In this document: one piece after another, positions 29,108 through 38,727 of the stretch
Layout: the number at the start of each line of letters is the position of its first letter
Numbering within the stretch: the stretch's first letter is position 1
Origin: an uncultured Candidatus Rokubacteria bacterium
Lineage (GTDB): Bacteria > Methylomirabilota > Methylomirabilia > Rokubacteriales > CSP1-6
Direction: 5' to 3'
NCBI GenBank assembly: GCA_963771355.1
Contig: CAVYTA010000004.1
Span: forward strand, 64,001 to 128,000
DNA: 64,000 nt
Translations under genes and position numbers: made by a program
The notes under the pieces: generated by a model
The model's input: only the letters and a program-made list of their open reading frames with translations
Database searches by the model: none
Told to the model about the DNA's origin: nothing

Positions 29108-30280
29108 CTAGTAACCGGTCGCGAAGCGCTGGGGGAACTGCTTCGTGATGGCGTCGGCCAGGGGGTCCGCGACCTTCGCCATGTGCCCCGCCGCGGTGCG
29201 CGCGCTCTTCCAGGCCTGGGGCTGATTGCCGGCGGCCTGCGCGTCGATCACGTCCTTGAGCGTCAGCACGTGGTGCTTCACCAGGTCGGCCACGACGGCC
29301 TTGGGAAGGTTCGGATTCGCCGAGGCCAGGAAGGCGCCGAAGTCGTCGGTGTAGGCGACCAGCTCGGCCACCGCCTTGTCCTGCTTGGCCTTGTCCTTCG
29401 ACGCCGCGCCTACCGTGTAGTCCACCACGAACCCGATATGGCGTCTCCAGAGCGGCAGGAACGCCTTCTCCGCGTCGGCGCCGTAGACGGAGCCGATGGC
29501 GCGGGCGATGTCCTGGGAGTTGCCGTCCAGGGCCGCCGCGGCAGCCTCGAACTCGGCCTTGCGGCCACCCAGCGCGGCGCCGGTGGCGTCGGCGGCGAGA
29601 TACACGTGCTCGCGGAGGGCCAGGTTCAGCGTCGCGCGCAGCGCCGAGCCCGACGCGGCGCCGTCGCCCGGATAGCGCGCGGGGAACTGCTTGGCAATGG
29701 CCCCCGCGAGGGGATCGCCGATCATGGTCATGTGGCCAGCGGCCGCCCGGAGCGCGCGGTAGGCCTCCGCTTGATTGCCGGCGGCCTGAGGGTCGATCAC
29801 GCTCTTGAGGGTCAACACGTGGTGCTTCACGAGATCCGCCACCACCTCCTTGGGGAGGTTCGGGTTGGCGGCGGCGAGGAAGGCGCCGAAGTCCTGCGTA
29901 TAGCCGACCAGCTCGGCCACCGCCTTGTCCTGCTTCATCTTGTCCCGGGTCGCCAGGCCCACCGTGTAGTCCACCACCATGCCGATATGTTTTCTCCACA
30001 GCGGCAGGAACGCCTTCTCGGCGTCGGGGCCGTAGACGGAGCCGATGGAGGTCGCGAGGTCCTGCGAGTTGGCGTCGAGCGCCGCCGCCGCCGCCTCGAA
30101 CTCCGCCTGGCGTCCGCCCAGCGCGGCGCCGGTGGCGGCGCCGGCCAGGAAGACGTGCTCCGCGAGGAGCGCGTTGTAGCCGGTGCGGAGATCGGAGGCG
30201 CTCTTGCTGCCGTGGGCGGCCAGCGCGGGCGCCGCGGTGAACGCGAGGAGAGCGATCAGCATCCAGGCGATGCGCTTCAT
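29108..30280 (-). CDS. Secreted His-rich helical protein with two near-identical domains
   Basis: AGGAGG SD; signal peptide; duplicated EHV.LA..WR.HI..VKHHV..GHM..DPLA.AI.KQFP. Confidence 0.85.
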   Translation of the reverse strand: MKRIAWMLIALLAFTAAPALAAHGSKSASDLRTGYNALLAEHVFLAGAATGAALGGRQAEFEAAAAALDANSQDLATSIGSVYGPDAEKAFLPLWRKHIGMVVDYTVGLATRDKMKQDKAVAELVGYTQDFGAFLAAANPNLPKEVVADLVKHHVLTLKSVIDPQAAGNQAEAYRALRAAAGHMTMIGDPLAGAIAKQFPARYPGDGAASGSALRATLNLALREHVYLAADATGAALGGRKAEFEAAAAALDGNSQDIARAIGSVYGADAEKAFLPLWRRHIGFVVDYTVGAASKDKAKQDKAVAELVAYTDDFGAFLASANPNLPKAVVADLVKHHVLTLKDVIDAQAAGNQPQAWKSARTAAGHMAKVADPLADAITKQFPQRFATGY

Positions 30281-30317
30281 GTTCTGCCTCCTGTGGGGGT
30301 CGGCGCGAGGCGAGGGC

Positions 30318-30681
30318 TCAACGGACGAGGACCTCGCCGGCCATGTTCGGGTGTCGCTCGCAGAAGTACGGATAGGTCCCGGCCTCGCTGAAGGTGCGGC
30401 GAAAGCTCGCCTGCTTGCCCGCGAGGCGGGCCTCGAAGCGGCCATCCTTGGCCGCGGGCGTGCCCGACGTCACCGTGTGGGTGATGTCGTCGCCATTGGT
30501 CCACGTCACCGTGGCGCCCGGCCTTGACCGTCACCGGCGTGGGTGCGAACGCGAAGAGACGGATAGCGACCTCAGTGTCGGCCGCCTGCGCCGCCGGCGC
30601 GGGCAGCTGGCGGGGGACGTGCGCCAGGGTGAGACCGGTCACCACCAGTGCCGCGAGAGCCGAGATCGTGAGCCGGGTCAT
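30318..30681 (-). CDS. Cupredoxin (plastocyanin/amicyanin-like), frameshift ~30520
   Basis: FAFAPTPVTVKAG / VTWTNGDDITHTVT...GTYPYFCERHPNMAG (H, C, H, M type-1 Cu ligands). Confidence 0.85.
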
Positions 30682-30707
30682 GGGGCTGCCTCCTTTCCAC
30701 CCTCTGC

Positions 30708-30734
30708 TACGCGCGCGGGGGGCGCGCGGATTGG
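30708..30734 (-). promoter_or_regulatory. Candidate ECF-sigma promoter of the cupredoxin operon
   Basis: Minus strand CCAATCC-N16-CGTA upstream of an AAAGGAGG SD. Confidence 0.4.
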
Positions 30735-30804
30735 TCCGTGCAGGGGGGGTGGGACGCGACGGAGAAGGCGAGCTAGTACTACGTGCGAGCGGGGGCCGTC
30801 GGAT

Positions 30805-32079
30805 TCATCGCCGGCCGGCCGCGAGACGGCGGGCTTCTGGACGGCGGCGCAGCGCGGCCATGGCCCAGCAGCCGAGGAAGGGGCCCGGGGCCAGCACGAG
30901 GAACGCGTAGCGCCAGCCCACGTGCTGGGCGAGCAGGGGTAACCCCCAGATCGTCACCAGCGTGAGAGCGAAGCCCAGGCTGGTCTGGAGCGTGAGCGCG
31001 GTGCCCATGTAGGCGGGCTCGGAGAGCTCGGTCACCGACGCGGAGAACTGCGCGGAGTCGGCGATCACGCTGGCGCCCCACACGAGGCCGAAGGCCACCA
31101 GCAGCCAGGCGGGCCCGGCATAGGCCCACGCGCTCGCGAGACAGCAGGCGCCCGAGATCGCCATCGCGGCGATGGTCACCGTGGTGCGCCCGATGCGATC
31201 GGCGAGCCAGCCGCCCGCGAAGGCCCCCGCGGCGCCGGCCACGCCGATGATGGCGAAGGCGGCCAGCCGTGGCGCGCCCGGAGCGCCCGGCGGCAGCGCC
31301 TCGGCGAGGAAGACGGCCAGCCAGGTCCACACCGCGTAGAGCTCCCACATGTGGCCGAAGTACCCGAGATTGGCGAGGAGCACGGCGCGATCCCGCAGCA
31401 CGCGGCCGAGCTGGCGCGGATCGAAGGGCGCGCGCCCCGGCGCATAGGGGCCGTCGGTGACCATGGTCGCCACGATGAAGGCGCCGGCGAGGGCCAGCAC
31501 GCTGGAGACGGTGAGCACGGCCGCATAAGAGAGCCCGCGCGCGTCGAGCAGCCCCGCCACCAGATGCGGCGTGGCGCTGCCCAGGGTGAGCGAGCCCACC
31601 AGCGCGCCGATGGCAAGCCCGCGGCCCCGTCCGCTGACGTGTCCCGCGGCGATCTTCATGCCGGGCGGATAGACGCCGGCCAGCGCCACGCCGGTGAGGA
31701 AGCGCAGCGCCAGCGCAATGCCGATGCCGTCGGCCACCCAGGCCAGCAGGAGGTTCACCAGCGCGCCCGCGACCGCGGCGAGGGCGAACATTCGGCGCGG
31801 CGGCAGCACGTCCGGCAGGTTGAGCATCGCGGAGCCCAGCGCGCCCACCACGAAGCCCGCCTGCACGGCGGCGGTGAGCCAGGCGGCGCCGGTGGGTGAC
31901 AGCGCCCAGGCGGACACGAGCGCGGGCATGACCGCGGTGGCCGAGAACCACAGCGTCATGGCCAGGAGCTCGGCGATGGCGAGCAGCGCGAGCGCGAGCC
32001 CCGCCGGCTGACGCACGGCCGGCGGGCGCTCCGGGGAGGGCACCGGCACGGCGGGCGGGGGCGGCGCGGGCGAGGGCAT
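30805..32079 (-). CDS. MFS transporter
   Basis: About 12 TM segments; GWLADRIGR; GHMWELYA; DSAQFSA. Confidence 0.9.
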   Translation of the reverse strand: MPSPAPPPPAVPVPSPERPPAVRQPAGLALALLAIAELLAMTLWFSATAVMPALVSAWALSPTGAAWLTAAVQAGFVVGALGSAMLNLPDVLPPRRMFALAAVAGALVNLLLAWVADGIGIALALRFLTGVALAGVYPPGMKIAAGHVSGRGRGLAIGALVGSLTLGSATPHLVAGLLDARGLSYAAVLTVSSVLALAGAFIVATMVTDGPYAPGRAPFDPRQLGRVLRDRAVLLANLGYFGHMWELYAVWTWLAVFLAEALPPGAPGAPRLAAFAIIGVAGAAGAFAGGWLADRIGRTTVTIAAMAISGACCLASAWAYAGPAWLLVAFGLVWGASVIADSAQFSASVTELSEPAYMGTALTLQTSLGFALTLVTIWGLPLLAQHVGWRYAFLVLAPGPFLGCWAMAALRRRPEARRLAAGRR

Positions 32080-32179
32080 GAGGGCGCGGGTGCGCCGCCT
32101 ATACTACCGCCCCGGCCCTCGATATGCCCCGGAAGGAGCGGGCGGCGGGTGTTGCGCGGTATGCTGGAGAGTGGCCTCC

Positions 32180-33478
32180 ATGGGATACGCTCGACTCGGA
32201 CTGGTCCTCGGCGCGCTGCTCCTGTCCTCGGCCTGCGCCGGCCAGCGCATCGCGAGCGCGCCCGCTGCCCCGCCCACCAGTCCGCCTGGCAGTCCGTCCG
32301 GGCCATCGGCCACGAGACCCGCTGCGCCCGCGCCGAGGGCCGCCCCTGCCGCGCCGTCGAAGGGGGCTCAGCCCGCCGGGCCCCTCTCGGTCGGCTACGA
32401 GGAGCGGGGTGAGGCCTCGTGGTACGGGAATCCGTATCATGGCCGGCGCGCCGCCAGCGGCGAGATCTACGACATGAACCAGATGACGGCCGCGCATCGC
32501 ACCTTGCCCTTCGACACGCGCGTCTGGGTGGAGAGCCTGGTGGACGGGAGCGGAGTCGAGCTGCGCATCAACGATCGCGGCCCGTTCAAGGATCCGGACC
32601 GGCGCATCATCGACGTGTCGTACGCGGCGGCACGGCTCCTGGGTGTGGTGGGGCCCGGCGTCATCCCGGTGCGGATCCGCGTCATCGCGCTGCCGGGCAC
32701 GGCACGAGCCACCCCGCCGCTCCCCACTCCGCCGCCGGCGACTTCCCCACCGGCCGCGTCCGATCCCGTGGCCCCGCCGAGCGCGGCCGCACCCGCTCCG
32801 CCACTGACTCCCGAATCCTCGCCGCCCATCTCGCCGCCCGCGACCCCCGTGGCCGGTGCCACGGACTCGTCGCCGGGCGCGAGCCAGGCGGCGCGTGAGC
32901 CCGCCGCGCCGCCGCGCGAGGCTCCGGTGGTGCCGCGCGAAGTTGCCCCGCTCCCACGCGCGGCCGTCGCGCCGCCGAGTGAGGGTGCCGTGGTGCCGCG
33001 CGAAGTTACCGCGCCGCCGCGCGAGGCTCCGGTGGTGCCGCGTGAAGTTGCCGCACCCCCGCGCGCAGCCGTCGCGCCACCGAGTGAGGCCGCCGTGGTG
33101 CCGCGCGACGTTGCCGCGCCGCCGCGCGAGGCCGCCGTGGTTCCGCGGGAAGTTGCCGCGCTCCCACGCGCCGCCGCGCCGCTCCCGCGTGAGGCCGCTG
33201 CACCGCCGCGTGAAGCCGTCCCGCCGTCGCGCGAGGCCGCCGCGCTGCCGCCCGAGGGCTGGACGGTGCAGCTCGGGGCGTACTCGTCCGAAGGTCGCGC
33301 GGTCGATTTGGCGCGGGGCTGGCCTGGCGCGCACGTACAGAAGGGCGACGTGGGGGGCCGGCCGGTGTGGCGGGTCCGCGTGGGCCGCTACGCGACCCGC
33401 CGTGAGGCCGAGGAGGCCGCGCAGCGGATGGCGGCCGCCGGCCATCGCGTCATCGTCGTGGAGGCCGCCGCCCGCTAG
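32180..33478 (+). CDS. rlpA: Septal ring lytic transglycosylase RlpA family lipoprotein (DPBB plus SPOR)
   Basis: Lipobox LSSAC; GEASWYG, TAAHRTLPF, RINDRGPF, IIDVS; C-terminal VQLGAY..RVRVG SPOR domain. Confidence 0.92.
   Translation: MGYARLGLVLGALLLSSACAGQRIASAPAAPPTSPPGSPSGPSATRPAAPAPRAAPAAPSKGAQPAGPLSVGYEERGEASWYGNPYHGRRAASGEIYDMNQMTAAHRTLPFDTRVWVESLVDGSGVELRINDRGPFKDPDRRIIDVSYAAARLLGVVGPGVIPVRIRVIALPGTARATPPLPTPPPATSPPAASDPVAPPSAAAPAPPLTPESSPPISPPATPVAGATDSSPGASQAAREPAAPPREAPVVPREVAPLPRAAVAPPSEGAVVPREVTAPPREAPVVPREVAAPPRAAVAPPSEAAVVPRDVAAPPREAAVVPREVAALPRAAAPLPREAAAPPREAVPPSREAAALPPEGWTVQLGAYSSEGRAVDLARGWPGAHVQKGDVGGRPVWRVRVGRYATRREAEEAAQRMAAAGHRVIVVEAAAR
32891..33250 (+). repeat. Coding 21-bp (7-aa) degenerate tandem repeat, about 16 copies
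   Basis: PREAPVV/PREVAPL/PRAAVAP/PSEGAVV units in the RlpA linker. Confidence 0.85.
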
Positions 33479-33482
33479 CCCG

Positions 33483-33683
33483 TCAGCCGTCGGTGGCGAT
33501 GCGCCGGACTCCGGAGGCGCGGAGGCCGCCCGGCGCCGGTTGCGGCTCGAAGACCACGGGCTCACCCACGCGGGGCGGAGGCCCCGGCAATTGTGCGCCG
33601 CGCAGCACGTACAGCGCGCCGTCGTCCCCCACGATCAGGCCCCACGCGGTCGGCTCGTCGTAGAACTTCACCAGTCCGTTCAT
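33483..33683 (-). CDS. Cold-shock-like OB-fold protein with degenerate RNP motifs
   Basis: MNGLVKFYD..WGLI....G..V.F......GLRA.GV. Confidence 0.65.
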   Translation of the reverse strand: MNGLVKFYDEPTAWGLIVGDDGALYVLRGAQLPGPPPRVGEPVVFEPQPAPGGLRASGVRRIATDG

Positions 33684-33762
33684 GCCCCGAGGATGCGGGC
33701 AGGACGGGGGCCGGCGGAATGACCAGAAATGGAGACAGGGCAGCGTCTGTGAAAAGAGACGC

Positions 33763-34472
33763 CTAGCGGGTGACCTCGATGAGGCAGGTGGCGCCGCGCG
33801 CGCGCTCGATGGCCTCCTCGCGTGACTTGGCCGTGGGCTGCGGCGGCGGCGCGATGAAGAGCGGGCGCGCCGCCTGAGCCTTGATCGCCCACGTGGGTCC
33901 GTCGTCCGGCGCCAGCACGATCACCGGAACGCGCGTCACGTCGATCGTGGTGAGCAGGCCGATGACGTCGCCGCGCACGCTCACCAGCGGTCCGCCCGCG
34001 CCGCGCCGCTCCTTGGGTATCGTGACCTGGAAGAACTCGAACGCGTCGCCGGGCCCGGTGAGTCCCGTCACCGTCGCCTCGCCGACCACCGCCTCCGGCT
34101 TCCGCCCTTCGGTGGCGATGAAGGCCACCATATCCAGGGGGGCGCCCACCCGCACCACCTCGCCCACGCTGATGGAGAGATTGAGCGAGAGAAACGGCAC
34201 GCCCTCGAGCGGCACCCGGATCACCGCGAGGTCCAGCCGGGGCACCACCTGATCCACCAGGCCAGCCACGGTGGGACGCCCCGGACAGGTCACCGCCAGA
34301 CGGCGCGCCCCCACCACGACCTCGGCCACGGTGAGGATCCACCCGTCGTGGCGCACGAGGAAGCCGGTGCCGGTGCTGGGGGGCTGTCCTCCGGCCCGAC
34401 CCGACCACAGCGCCGCGACGCCGAGGAATACCAGGAGCAGGACGGCGCCGACGCGCGCGTGGCGCCGCGCAT
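33763..34472 (-). CDS. Exported trypsin-like (S1) fold protein lacking catalytic His and Ser; start uncertain, probably ATG 34472 with a slip in a CG run
   Basis: GTGFLV..DGWILTVAEVV, DLAVI, RGAGGPLV..RGDVIG. Confidence 0.65.
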
Positions 34473-34693
34473 CGGAGGTCGAAGCTTCCGGAGGATGTGG
34501 GTCCGTGTCGAATCTCCCTGGGCGTGGTGTCCGACCGGCGCCACGCGGGGGAAATCGTAGCACAGGCCCCGGCACGGGCACGCACGATGGGACGGGTCGG
34601 CGCGCGCCCGCGCGAGGGGGTGAGGGGACGAACGGCGACGCGGCCCATGCCGGGTACCACGCCACGTGTGCTATACCTGCCCGTCAAGAGCCC

Positions 34694-35980
34694 ATGACTC
34701 GCGCCCTCCTCGCCGTCTGCCTCGCCGGCGCCCTCGCCCTGGCCGGCTGCGCCGATTCCCCCACGCGCGACGGCGGACGTGGGCCCGTGACCGTGGTCTT
34801 CAAGCACGCCAAGCTGCTGGGGCCGGTGGACCCGATGGGCCCGCTGCTCGCCGAGTTCGCGGCCCTCCATCCCGAGATCCGCGTGCGGGCCGAGGCCTTG
34901 CCCTGGTCCAGCGACGAGCAGCGGCAGTTCCTCGTCATCAACCTCGAGGGCGGCAATCCGGGCTTCGACGTCATGATGCTCGACTGCATCTGGGTGCCGG
35001 AGTTCGCGCGCGCGGGCTGGCTCCTCGACCTGACGCCGTCCTTGCCTCCCGGAGAGCTCGCCGCCCACTTTCCCTCCGCCGCGGAGGCCGCCCGCTATCG
35101 CGGCCGCGATTGGGCCTTGCCGTGGATGATGAACGTGGGCCTGCTCTACTACCGCGCGGATCTCCTCGCCCGCCACGGCCTGCAGCCCCCCGAGACCTAC
35201 GACGAACTGGTGGCCGCCATCCGCCGCATCCGCGCCGCGGAGGGAAATCCGAAGCTCGAGGGCTATCTCTGGCAGGGCAAGCAGTACGAGGGGCTGGTGG
35301 TCAATGCGCTGGAGGGACTGTGGGCGGCGGGGACGCGCGTGCTCGGCGACGACGGGCGGGCGTTTCCGGAGCCCGAGCGCGCGGAGGTGGCGCTGCGCTT
35401 TCTCCGCGGCCTCATCGCCGAGGGGCTGAGCCCTCCGTGGACCACCGCCGCCGACGAAGAGATCACGCGGCGGGCCTTCGGGCAAGGCGAGGCCATCTTT
35501 CTCCGCTCCTGGCCCTATGCCGCCGACCTCTTCGAGCTCCCCGATTCGCCGGTGCGGGGCAAGGTGGGTCTGGCGCCGCTGCCACGCCATGCCGCCGGCA
35601 CCGCGGGGGCAGGCTCCACCGGCGGCGCGCATCTTGCGGTAGCACGCTCCACGACTCATCCCGAGGCCGCGATCACTCTCGCGCGCTTTCTCACCAGCGA
35701 GCGCGCGCAGCGGGTGATGGCGGAAACGGGCGCGGTGAAGCCCACCCGCCCGGCCCTCTATCGCGATCCCGCGCTGGTGCGCGCCTTCCCCAGCCTGCCG
35801 CGCATTCATGACCTGACTCTTGCGGGACGGCCGCGCCCGGTGACGCCCGTCTACGTGATCCTCTCCACCACGCTGCAGCCGGAGCTCTCGGCGGTGCTGG
35901 TGGGGGTCAAGACCCCGGCCGAGGCGGTGGCGCAGTCACGACGCCGTCTCGAGTTTCTCCTCGAGGGTCTGGGCGGGTGA
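34694..35980 (+). CDS. Carbohydrate ABC substrate-binding lipoprotein (trehalose/maltose-like)
   Basis: Lipobox LAGC; DCIWVPEFA; GLLYYRADLL; QYEGLV; RPRPVTP. Confidence 0.88.
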   Translation: MTRALLAVCLAGALALAGCADSPTRDGGRGPVTVVFKHAKLLGPVDPMGPLLAEFAALHPEIRVRAEALPWSSDEQRQFLVINLEGGNPGFDVMMLDCIWVPEFARAGWLLDLTPSLPPGELAAHFPSAAEAARYRGRDWALPWMMNVGLLYYRADLLARHGLQPPETYDELVAAIRRIRAAEGNPKLEGYLWQGKQYEGLVVNALEGLWAAGTRVLGDDGRAFPEPERAEVALRFLRGLIAEGLSPPWTTAADEEITRRAFGQGEAIFLRSWPYAADLFELPDSPVRGKVGLAPLPRHAAGTAGAGSTGGAHLAVARSTTHPEAAITLARFLTSERAQRVMAETGAVKPTRPALYRDPALVRAFPSLPRIHDLTLAGRPRPVTPVYVILSTTLQPELSAVLVGVKTPAEAVAQSRRRLEFLLEGLGG

Positions 35981-36843
35981 GGCCTCGCGCCCCGCGGCGG
36001 ACGGGCCTCCTTCTCGTGGCCCCCGCGCTCCTCCTCCTCGCCGCCGTCACCGCGTATCCCGCCCTCTGGGTGCTGTGGCTCTCGCTGCAGCGTCGCGTGC
36101 CCATCTTCGGCATCGCGCAGTTCGAGGGGGCGGGCAACTATCTCTTCCTCGCCGCCGACCCGCGCTTCTGGAGCGCGACGCGCATCACGCTGGCCTTCAC
36201 CGTGATCTCCGTGCTGCTCGAGCTGGTGCTGGGCCTCCTGGTGGCGATGGCCCTGGCCGGCCAGCAGCGCGGCCGGCGGCTCGCGCTGTCCCTGCTGCTC
36301 CTGGCGTGGGCGCTGCCCGGGGTGGTGACGGCCAAGCTCTTCGAGTGGCTGTACAATCCGGCCGCTGGGCTGGTGAACTATCTTCTCCTGGGTGCCCAGA
36401 TCAACTGGCTCGGTGACCCCGCGCTCGCGCTGCCGGGCCTCATCGCGGCGGACGTCTGGCGCACCATGCCCCTGGTGGCGCTGCTCTGCTACGCGCGCCT
36501 CCTGACGATTCCCACCGAGATCTACGAGGCCGCGCGCGTGGACGGGGCGGGCGCGCTCGCCACCTTCCTGCGGATCACGCTGCCGCTGTGCCGCTCCATC
36601 CTGCTCATCGCGCTCCTCTTCCGAACGCTGGACGCGCTGCGCGCCTTCGACCTCATGTTCATCCTCACCGGGGGCGGGCCCGCCGGCACCACGGAGACGC
36701 TCACCGTCTACGCCTACCGGAGTCTCTTCCAGACGCTCCACCTCGGGCTGGGCTCGGCCATCGCGGTGGTGGTCTTCGGCCTCGTCATGATGGTGGCCTG
36801 GGGCTACTTGCGGGCGCTGCGGCGCGAGGGGCTCACCGCGTGA
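35977..36843 (+). CDS. Carbohydrate ABC permease
   Basis: YEAARVDGA EAA motif; LTGGGP. Confidence 0.92.
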   Translation: MRPRAPRRTGLLLVAPALLLLAAVTAYPALWVLWLSLQRRVPIFGIAQFEGAGNYLFLAADPRFWSATRITLAFTVISVLLELVLGLLVAMALAGQQRGRRLALSLLLLAWALPGVVTAKLFEWLYNPAAGLVNYLLLGAQINWLGDPALALPGLIAADVWRTMPLVALLCYARLLTIPTEIYEAARVDGAGALATFLRITLPLCRSILLIALLFRTLDALRAFDLMFILTGGGPAGTTETLTVYAYRSLFQTLHLGLGSAIAVVVFGLVMMVAWGYLRALRREGLTA

Positions 36844-37664
36844 GGGGCCGGCCGCGACCGGCGCTGCGCGACGCCGCCGTGCTCCTGGGGCTCGTCCTGT
36901 ACGCGCTGCCGTTCTTCTGGCAGGTGCTCACCTCGCTCAAGCCCGAGGCGGAGCTGATGCGCCTGCCGCCGCTGCTGCCGAGCCGGCTCAGCTGGGAGCA
37001 CTATCAGGTGGTGCTGGAGCGGAGCCTCATGCTCCGGGCCCTCGTGAACAGCCTGGGCGTGGGACTTCTCACCACGGTCCTGGCGCTGATCCTCGGCCTC
37101 GCCGCCGCCTATGGCTTCGCGCGCTTCCCCGTTCCCGGCAAGGGTCCGCTGCTCCTCGCCATCGTCGCGGGCACGGCCTTTCCCCAGATCGCCACCGTGA
37201 GCCCGCTCTATCTCCTCATGCGGGCGCTGGGGCTCCGCGACACGTGGCTGGGCCTCATCCTGGCCAATACCTCGTTCGCCCTGCCGCTGGTGGTCTGGCT
37301 GCTGGCGGGGTTCATCCGCGACCTGCCGGTGGCCCTCGAGGAGGCGGCCGCCGTGGACGGCGCCGGCCGTCTACAGGCGTTCCGATGGGTGGTTCTTCCG
37401 CTGGTGGCGCCGGGACTCGCCTCCGCCGCGCTGCTGACCTTTCTCTTCTCGTGGAACGAGTTCCTCTTCGCCTATACCTTCACCGCCACCGAGGCCAGCC
37501 GTACCGCTCCGGTGGCGCTGGCGTTGTTCCCCGGCGTCTTCGAGGTGCCCTGGGGCGACATCGCGGCGGCCTCGATCCTGGCCAGCCTGCCGCCCATCGC
37601 GGTGGTGGTGGGCCTCCAGCGCTATCTCGTGCGCGGGCTGGTGGCGGGCGCGCTGCGCGAATGA
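36840..37664 (+). CDS. Carbohydrate ABC permease
   Basis: LEEAAAVDGA; WNEFLFA; GTGA overlap. Confidence 0.92.
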   Translation: MRGRPRPALRDAAVLLGLVLYALPFFWQVLTSLKPEAELMRLPPLLPSRLSWEHYQVVLERSLMLRALVNSLGVGLLTTVLALILGLAAAYGFARFPVPGKGPLLLAIVAGTAFPQIATVSPLYLLMRALGLRDTWLGLILANTSFALPLVVWLLAGFIRDLPVALEEAAAVDGAGRLQAFRWVVLPLVAPGLASAALLTFLFSWNEFLFAYTFTATEASRTAPVALALFPGVFEVPWGDIAAASILASLPPIAVVVGLQRYLVRGLVAGALRE

Positions 37665-37757
37665 GGCTTTGACCCCCTCCGAGACAGGAGTGGACAGCGA
37701 GGCATGGTCCGCGCTACGTTATGTGCAAGTACTTGATGCTCATGAGCGTGTTCACGC

Positions 37758-38717
37758 TTGAGTAGGCGTTCCCGACGTCCGCACGGCCACGGCCGACGTC
37801 CGCAGTCCGGCCAGGGCCCGCGACTTCCCGCCCCCGCTCCGCCTCCGCCGTCGCTGTTCGAGAGCCTCACCGCCATCCATGCCAAGGAGCGGTTACGGCT
37901 CGAGACGACCACGGATGAGATCAGCATGCGGGTGATGGACATCATCTGCCCCATCGGCAAAGGGCAACGCGGGCTCATCGTGGCGCCGCCCCGGACGGGC
38001 AAGACCGTCCTCCTCCAGCAGATCGCCAAGGCCGTCCTCACCAACCATCCGGAAGTGCACGTGATCATCCTCCTGGTGGACGAGCGGCCGGAGGAGGTCA
38101 CCGACTTCCGGATGACCCTGGCCAAGACCGGGGCGGAGGTGGTGGCCTCGAGCAACGACAATCCCTATGCCCGCCACATCGAGGTCACCGAGCAGACGCT
38201 GGACCGGGCCAAGCGCATGGCCGAGCAGAAGAAGGACGTGCTCATCCTCTTCGACTCGCTGACGCGGATGACGCGCGCCTACAACAACCAGCTCACCTCG
38301 CGCGGCCGCACCATGTCGGGGGGCATCGACAGCCGCGCCTTCCAGATGCCGCGCGCCTTTTTCGGCGCCGCGCGCGCGCTGGAGGAGGGCGGGTCGCTCA
38401 CCATCATCGGCACCGCGCTGGTGGACACCGGCTCGCGGATGGACCAGATCATCTTCGAGGAGTTCAAGGGCACCGGCAACATGGAGCTCTATCTCGAGCG
38501 CGAGCTGGCCGACCGGCGGATCTTCCCCTCCTTCGACATGATGCGCTCCGGCACCCGGCGCGAGGAGCTGCTCTTCACCGCCGACGAGCTCAAGAAGATC
38601 CATCTCCTGCGGCGGGCTCTCTCCGGCCGCAAGCCCGTCGAAGCCATGGAGATGCTGCTGGACCGCCTCAAGCTGACCCCGACCAACGCCGCCTTCTTGA
38701 AGAGCTTCGGCGGCTAG
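37758..38717 (+). CDS. rho: Transcription termination factor Rho homologue, ATPase domain only
   Basis: PIGKGQRGLIVAPPRTGKT, DERPEEVTD, TALVDTGSRMD.IFEEFKGTGNME, SGTRREELL. Confidence 0.88.
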   Translation: MSRRSRRPHGHGRRPQSGQGPRLPAPAPPPPSLFESLTAIHAKERLRLETTTDEISMRVMDIICPIGKGQRGLIVAPPRTGKTVLLQQIAKAVLTNHPEVHVIILLVDERPEEVTDFRMTLAKTGAEVVASSNDNPYARHIEVTEQTLDRAKRMAEQKKDVLILFDSLTRMTRAYNNQLTSRGRTMSGGIDSRAFQMPRAFFGAARALEEGGSLTIIGTALVDTGSRMDQIIFEEFKGTGNMELYLERELADRRIFPSFDMMRSGTRREELLFTADELKKIHLLRRALSGRKPVEAMEMLLDRLKLTPTNAAFLKSFGG

Positions 38718-38727
38718 CCCGCCGTCC

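Noticed and set aside
34694..37664. Sugar ABC operon lacking an ATPase as a novelty
   Set aside because: Shared MsiK/MsmX-type ATPases encoded elsewhere are common for CUT1 transporters.
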